Origin: a virus
Virus record (IMG/VR): IMGVR_UViG_3300047469_000054
Coordinates: 2,916-66,915 of that record
Length of the DNA: 64,000 bases
Direction: 5' to 3' (one strand)
Part shown: positions 58,776 through 64,000 of the stretch, piece after piece
Layout of the letters: each line of letters begins with the position of its first letter
Position numbering within the stretch: the first letter of the stretch is position 1
Notes under the pieces: generated by a model
What the model saw: only the letters and a program-made list of their open reading frames with translations
What the model was told of the DNA's origin: nothing
Databases searched by the model: none
Position numbers and translations under genes: made by a program

Positions 58776-61700
58776 ATGCCAGCTTTTACCGCTATCGTTG
58801 GTGCGATCACAACGCTTAGCACGTTCATTGGAACGCTAGGTCCCATTGGCGCGTTTGCCCTAAAGACGGCTGTTGGTGTTGGCCTTAGTTTGGCCGCGCA
58901 AGCTCTTGCCGGAAAAAAGAAAAGTTCTGCATCTGCGCAATCTGGTATCAATGGCGACATTCAGGCCGGTGGCGATGTGGCCCGCTCTTTCATTATGGGC
59001 AAATATAATACAGCCGGTTCTATAGTATGGGTTAATACATGGGGTAAGGACGATGGAACGCCAAATGCTTGGCTGACACAGGTTATCGCCTTGTCTGACG
59101 TTCCGGTGAAGGGGCTACTTGAGGTATGGGTAGATGGCGCTCGCGTCACCTACGATCCAGCCGGTAACAACAATACTATTTTTGGGTATTCCATCCCGGA
59201 GTATGTCAAGAGTGGCGCCAATCTGTATGTAAAGTTTTATGATGGTAGGCAGACTGTTGCCGATCCGGCTATTATCGCGAACGCAACATCCGCAGACCGC
59301 ACGTATGACGGTTCTCGTGTTGGGTATGGCGTTGCCTATGCTGTTGTCCATTCCAGGTCTACAAAGGGCATGTTCTCTGGTATCCCATCGCTGAAGTTTA
59401 CTGTTGACGGGATGGCGCTTTATGATATCTCTAAGGATTCAAGCGTTGGCGGCGTTGGTCCGCAGCGTTATGCCGATCCGGCAACATGGGGCGGAGATGG
59501 CGACTATCTTCCGGCCGTTCAGCTTTATAACCTTTGGCGCGGTATCCGCTATAATGCCGCGTGGGTATACGGCATGCAGAACATTACAACGGCTCGCCTT
59601 CCTTCTGATAATTGGATCAATGCCGTCATTGCCTGCCGCACGCCTATTCAGGACGCCAGCGGCGCAACCGTCAACACTTATAGAAGCGGCCTAGAGGTAT
59701 CCGTTGATACTCCGTTGTCTGACGCTGCCGATGCGCTTCTGACGGCATGTCAGGGGAAGATAGCGGAGCTAGGTGGTATCTATCGCATTTATCTAGGCGC
59801 GCCGGGGTCGCCCACAATTTCTTTTTCAGATGACGACATCCTGTCAACTGAAGAGCAGAGCTTTACGCCATTCTTTGGTCTGTCTGATACGATTAATGGC
59901 ATTACGGCTACATACGGTGACGAGCGGACTTGGGAGACCACAACCGCGCCGCCGCTATATCGCACTGATCTGGAAAGCCTTGCCGGTAATCGCCGCCTGC
60001 TTTCTAGCGTAGAGTTCCACGCCGTAACCAATGCTGAACAAGTACAGCGCCTAATGAAATCAGCGCTGCTTACGGCTCAACGCGCCCGCAGGCACACAAT
60101 TGTTCTTCCTCCAAAATATTGGGCATACGCGGTTCCTGGAGAGGTTATTTCATGGAATTCTGAACGTAACGGTTATATCGATAAGCTGTTTCAGATAGAT
60201 GGCGTTAATGATCGCGCAAACTGCGATGTTATGCTCGACATCACCGAAGTTGACCCGGAGGATTATGATTGGACTCCGTCCACTGATTACAAGCCTCCAG
60301 TTGATGGCGCTCTAGGCCCAATCACTCCGCAGCCCCAAGCAATCGTTGATTGGTTCGCGGAGCCGTATACGCTTCTTGATAACGATGGCGTTGCGCGCCG
60401 CCCGGCTATTCGGCTTGTCTGGTCTACCGACCCGGAGACGCTCGTTAACGTTGAGGCGATCAAATGGCAGATCCGTGACGCTACGTCTTTCGTCGTTTTG
60501 TGGGTTGGCTCGACAAACATTCCTGAAGCTGGTCAGGCGATCATCTCTCAGGGTCTCTTGCCCAATACCAACTATCAAGTTTCAGGCGCTTATGTTCCTG
60601 AAGATAGCGACCGAGAAACCTTGTGGTCATCGTGGATTCCCGTCACGACTCCGAACGTCCTTTTGGGTTCTCTGGACATCTACGCTCCCGGTATCGTTGA
60701 GGGCATTAAGGAATTCATCAGCGACGCCACTCTTTGGATTCGCGACGGCGTTAGGCAGGCTTATCTTGATGCACAAAGAAACACGCGCATTACGGCTGAC
60801 CAAGATTATGGCACTTTTACTAGCCGCCAAGAGATGCGCGTTGAGCTTTCGGCGTCTACGCAAACATCTATCAATACGCTTACGGCGCAATATACATCAG
60901 ACATCCTAACGGCTACTGGACCGAATTCAGCATTGTCGCAGCGCATTGACTCTCTCAACGCTGAGCTTACGGATACGCAATCGCAAGTTACCTCTAATGC
61001 TGGTGCCATTCAAAATGTAAGCGCTGGATTGACGATTGTTGACGGTCGCATTACGTCCGTAAGTCAGGATTTGACAACGCTAACATCTGTTGTCAACGAC
61101 GCCAATGCTGGTATTGCGGCCAACTCCACGGCCATTAGTCAGCTTATCACGCGTACCGATAAAAACGAGGAGGGCATTGTAACCGCCTCGCAGAACATCA
61201 CAACGCTAACGTCAAATCTTAGCATAGCTGAAGATAATATTGCAGCGAATGCTACGGCGGTTAATGCTCTTACGACTAGGGTAACATCTAACGAAGATGG
61301 CATTACATCATTGAGCCAATCGCTCACTGACGTTAACGCTACGATTACGGACCTTGATGGACAGGTGCAGGGAAACGCAAGCACCATTCAGATTCTTAGC
61401 GCTAGCGTTAGTGAAGTGAATGGCGTTGTGTCTGCTCAGGCTGACTTGATCAATAGCGTAAATGCTACCGTTGGCGATGTTAGTGCAAGCGCGAACTTTA
61501 GGGCGACCGTGTACGCTGCTCAGGCCGGTTATTCGTCTCGTATCGGCCTTGAGGCCCGCGCCGGATCGGCTGGTGTATATCGTTCGGCGTCTCTGTTCCT
61601 TGATGTTCCTAGCTCGACTAGTTCGCCAACTCGCGTTGCTATCGTTGCTGATCAGTTCTCGATTACCAACGGAAGCGCCAATAGTCAGCCGTTCGTGTTC

Positions 61701-61826
61701 CAGGGCGGAGTACTGACGTTGAATGCCGCTAACATTGGGACGGTTACGGCTGGCCTTATTAACGGCGGCCCTGGGGCAAAGATGGTTATCGATATTACCA
61801 ACGGGACCATTACCGTGTCTGATTGA
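58776..61826 (+). CDS. Central tail tip / host-specificity protein (J-like) with coiled-coil C-terminus
   Basis: 1016 aa; tail-hub N-terminus, FN3-like segment, heptad repeats, ...ADQF.I......PF C-terminal motif. Confidence 0.8.
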   Translation: MPAFTAIVGAITTLSTFIGTLGPIGAFALKTAVGVGLSLAAQALAGKKKSSASAQSGINGDIQAGGDVARSFIMGKYNTAGSIVWVNTWGKDDGTPNAWLTQVIALSDVPVKGLLEVWVDGARVTYDPAGNNNTIFGYSIPEYVKSGANLYVKFYDGRQTVADPAIIANATSADRTYDGSRVGYGVAYAVVHSRSTKGMFSGIPSLKFTVDGMALYDISKDSSVGGVGPQRYADPATWGGDGDYLPAVQLYNLWRGIRYNAAWVYGMQNITTARLPSDNWINAVIACRTPIQDASGATVNTYRSGLEVSVDTPLSDAADALLTACQGKIAELGGIYRIYLGAPGSPTISFSDDDILSTEEQSFTPFFGLSDTINGITATYGDERTWETTTAPPLYRTDLESLAGNRRLLSSVEFHAVTNAEQVQRLMKSALLTAQRARRHTIVLPPKYWAYAVPGEVISWNSERNGYIDKLFQIDGVNDRANCDVMLDITEVDPEDYDWTPSTDYKPPVDGALGPITPQPQAIVDWFAEPYTLLDNDGVARRPAIRLVWSTDPETLVNVEAIKWQIRDATSFVVLWVGSTNIPEAGQAIISQGLLPNTNYQVSGAYVPEDSDRETLWSSWIPVTTPNVLLGSLDIYAPGIVEGIKEFISDATLWIRDGVRQAYLDAQRNTRITADQDYGTFTSRQEMRVELSASTQTSINTLTAQYTSDILTATGPNSALSQRIDSLNAELTDTQSQVTSNAGAIQNVSAGLTIVDGRITSVSQDLTTLTSVVNDANAGIAANSTAISQLITRTDKNEEGIVTASQNITTLTSNLSIAEDNIAANATAVNALTTRVTSNEDGITSLSQSLTDVNATITDLDGQVQGNASTIQILSASVSEVNGVVSAQADLINSVNATVGDVSASANFRATVYAAQAGYSSRIGLEARAGSAGVYRSASLFLDVPSSTSSPTRVAIVADQFSITNGSANSQPFVFQGGVLTLNAANIGTVTAGLINGGPGAKMVIDITNGTITVSD

Positions 61827-61839
61827 GGAGCTATGTCTC

Positions 61840-62250
61840 ATGGTTAGCAGAATTATTATACAGCCCGGAAGAATCATTGTGTCGAAACCGGGGGTTACGG
61901 TTTCGACCGGCATGGCAAATACTGACAAGATTTTTGATTCTGATTGGAATTACAGCGGCATTCTTCTTGAGGCCGGGTCGGCTAGCGATCCGGGTGGCGG
62001 AGACTGGCATTTAATGTTCAAGAAGAATTATGGTTATGCCCCCACGGTAATTACTCGGCAGTATGAATCTACTGCCGTCACGGTTCCATGGGGCGCAGCT
62101 ACGTCGATAAGGAGTCCCATGATGGGGATTAGTAGCGGCATCAATAACTATCCGATGATATATGCAGACAGGATAGTTTTCCCAAGAAATCCAGGTCCAG
62201 GCAATTACGCTTATGGAGATATAGAATACGAAGTATATGGAGTCGATTGA
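61840..62250 (+). CDS. Small tail-tip protein
   Basis: GAGGAG RBS; VSKPG..V....FDSD. Confidence 0.6.
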   Translation: MVSRIIIQPGRIIVSKPGVTVSTGMANTDKIFDSDWNYSGILLEAGSASDPGGGDWHLMFKKNYGYAPTVITRQYESTAVTVPWGAATSIRSPMMGISSGINNYPMIYADRIVFPRNPGPGNYAYGDIEYEVYGVD

Positions 62251-62726
62251 TGGCCAATAGAATTAAAATGGGATATCATTCCGGTCTTAACGATTATGGA
62301 ATGTTCATAAGCAAACCTGGATATGACGTAAACAATACTGGAACTAACTTCCTGCTTGATAGCCGGTATAGGACCTTATCTATTCATGCTTTTGGTAAGG
62401 TGGCAATGAGTAGGTCTCAGGGTGTTGGCGGAAATACAATATGGTGGCAAGAGATAACGTTCCCTGATCTTGGTTATAGGCCTGTGTTTTTTGGAAACAT
62501 CAATCTTGATACATCAAACTCGCTTGGTATTCCCGTTAACGCTGCCGGATTTCCTATATCGGCATGCAGCACTTATGGGAGAACGAACCAAGGTGCATAT
62601 TATATAACGAATAGTGTTTGGTTGTTGAACAACACGACTCTTAGGGCGCGGTGTGCCATTAATGTTTCCGAGTACAATGGCGGCCACACTTTGAGATGGA
62701 TTATATTTAAGAATAGGTTTGAATGA
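62247..62726 (+). CDS. Small tail-tip protein
   Basis: ISKPGYDV....LDS; shares its motif with the upstream gene. Confidence 0.6.
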   Translation: MMANRIKMGYHSGLNDYGMFISKPGYDVNNTGTNFLLDSRYRTLSIHAFGKVAMSRSQGVGGNTIWWQEITFPDLGYRPVFFGNINLDTSNSLGIPVNAAGFPISACSTYGRTNQGAYYITNSVWLLNNTTLRARCAINVSEYNGGHTLRWIIFKNRFE

Positions 62727-63097
62727 TGGTTAGGCGGGTAGTAATAGGTAATGATAGCGGGACATTTAGGTTTAGATCAAGCACGGCGGGACACGACGCG
62801 ATAACCGGCGACCCATCATATTTGTCAGCATATGAATCAATGGTTCCATGCGTGCCGAAGGATTATGGATCTGTAGATATTAATGGCGCCATTAACGGCG
62901 CTGATGTTACGGTTAATCTTTCATCGACTTATACATCTCAACCGTTCATCCTCATTAAAGCTACAGACGGAACGCTTCCTGGAATGGAAACATTTTGCGG
63001 ATGGTTTGTTTGGGGGGCATCATCTCGAATAACATTAAGCAATAGGTGCAATAGGCTTCTAACAATCAAATGGTGGGTATTCGCTGAACTTGATTGA
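62723..63097 (+). CDS. Small tail-tip protein
   Basis: Coupled; weakly similar N-terminus. Confidence 0.55.
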   Translation: MMVRRVVIGNDSGTFRFRSSTAGHDAITGDPSYLSAYESMVPCVPKDYGSVDINGAINGADVTVNLSSTYTSQPFILIKATDGTLPGMETFCGWFVWGASSRITLSNRCNRLLTIKWWVFAELD

Positions 63098-63143
63098 CCG
63101 CACTAAGCAAGTCGCCATCTAAGTGAAAGAAATAGGAGATTTT

Positions 63144-63452
63144 ATGGTTCAGCAAAAACCCATTCCAGATAGAATTTTGATTGGAGAACTTCAAGCTCGC
63201 TTGGAATTTGCCGAGAGTCGATGCTTGCGATTAGCGGCTGCCGCGACGGAGCTTGATGAAGAGCTGTCGGCAACACGTAAATTGCTGGAGGAAGCTAAGG
63301 CCGAAACTCTGGCAGAACGGCAAGTGTTACAGAATGTATCGAAAGTCAGAGACGAGTTTGCGACTAGGCTTGCGGAACTTGATGCTCCAGCGATTGGTAA
63401 GACGAAAAAGAAACAGGCCGCTGGCCAGAGTGAGGAAAACAAATGGCTGTAA
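63144..63452 (+). CDS. Coiled-coil hypothetical protein
   Basis: AGGAG RBS; heptad pattern. Confidence 0.5.
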   Translation: MVQQKPIPDRILIGELQARLEFAESRCLRLAAAATELDEELSATRKLLEEAKAETLAERQVLQNVSKVRDEFATRLAELDAPAIGKTKKKQAAGQSEENKWL

Positions 63453-64000
63453 CCCTTCCATCAGTTTATCGTGACGGAACCGCAACGATCGCGGCTAACG
63501 GCACGGTCGTAACTGGCCAATCAACGCTATGGGTTAACGCTCTGCTCCCCGGTGACTTCTTTGGCACGCATACCGGATATCCTATTCGTATCTTGTCGGT
63601 AGATAGCGATACGCAGCTTACGCTTGCCTACGCATATCCAGGCGGAGCGCAAACAGCGGCGCCTTATGAGATCATGCTTCAGAGTGATAACGCTCGCATG
63701 CAGGAAACCTCGCGTCAGCTTCTCCAGCTTCTTAGCGGCGGCAATCTTACGGCATTCGCTGGTGTCGTCGGGGCTGCTGATGCATTGCCGTATTTTACCG
63801 GCGCAGGTTCTATGTCAACCACGACACTAACGGCGTTCGCGCGTACGCTCTTGGCCGGAACGTCTCAGGCCGCTATGCGAACGACTCTTGGTCTCGGCAC
63901 GGCAGCGACTCAGAACACCGGCACTAGCGGCGCAACCATTCCTCTGCTTAGTACGCAGAACACCTGGGGCGGCGTTAATACGTTCGGTACGGGTACTACT
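63443..64000 (+). CDS. Tail fibre, 3' truncated by the window (absent from the ORF track)
   Basis: MAVTLPSVYRDGTATIAANGTVVTGQSTLW...I.SVDSDT.LTL...ADALPYFTGAG...LTAFARTLL....AAMRTTLGLGTAATQN; open to the end of the window. Confidence 0.8.
   Translation, partial: MAVTLPSVYRDGTATIAANGTVVTGQSTLWVNALLPGDFFGTHTGYPIRILSVDSDTQLTLAYAYPGGAQTAAPYEIMLQSDNARMQETSRQLLQLLSGGNLTAFAGVVGAADALPYFTGAGSMSTTTLTAFARTLLAGTSQAAMRTTLGLGTAATQNTGTSGATIPLLSTQNTWGGVNTFGTGTT

Noticed and set aside
1-64000. Lysogeny module or prophage boundaries
   Set aside because: No integrase, CI-like repressor, ParA or host genes recognised; the unseen part between the fibre and endolysin genes cannot be assessed

Overview
This window is almost the whole genome of a tailed dsDNA phage (siphovirus with an HK97-type head), circularly permuted: it opens inside the endolysin and ends inside a tail-fibre gene. 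Protein similarities recalled from memory point to an alphaproteobacterial, probably rhizobial, host; no search was run. All credible genes but one are on the + strand. Gene order: lysis cassette (GH19 endolysin, two-component spanin, holin-like protein); nucleotide and anti-defence genes (metallophosphoesterase, DUF1937, an Acb2-like anti-CBASS sponge, dNMP kinase); recombination/replication (Sak4-like ATPase, DUF669 SSB, Cas4-like nuclease, two tandem sigma-like proteins, SF2 helicase, primase-polymerase/helicase); two DNA methyltransferases; a long early/accessory region driven by about a dozen sigma70-type promoters; an AT-rich origin-like region; HNH; a cos-like region; terminase; protease-capsid fusion; two SGNH esterases; portal; neck and tail genes. 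No integrase, repressor, DNA polymerase, tRNA or CRISPR array was recognised. The most striking unexplained signals are three ORF-free, heavily base-paired loci (22.3-22.8, 23.9-24.1 and 36.7-37.15 kb), two of them directly behind a promoter, that look like uncharacterised structured phage RNAs. Also notable are a second tail-tube gene fused to an SGNH esterase, an in-frame internal start that could release the capsid protein from the protease-capsid fusion, and a helicase ending in an SSB-type DDIPF tail. All folds and family calls were made by eye and need computational confirmation.
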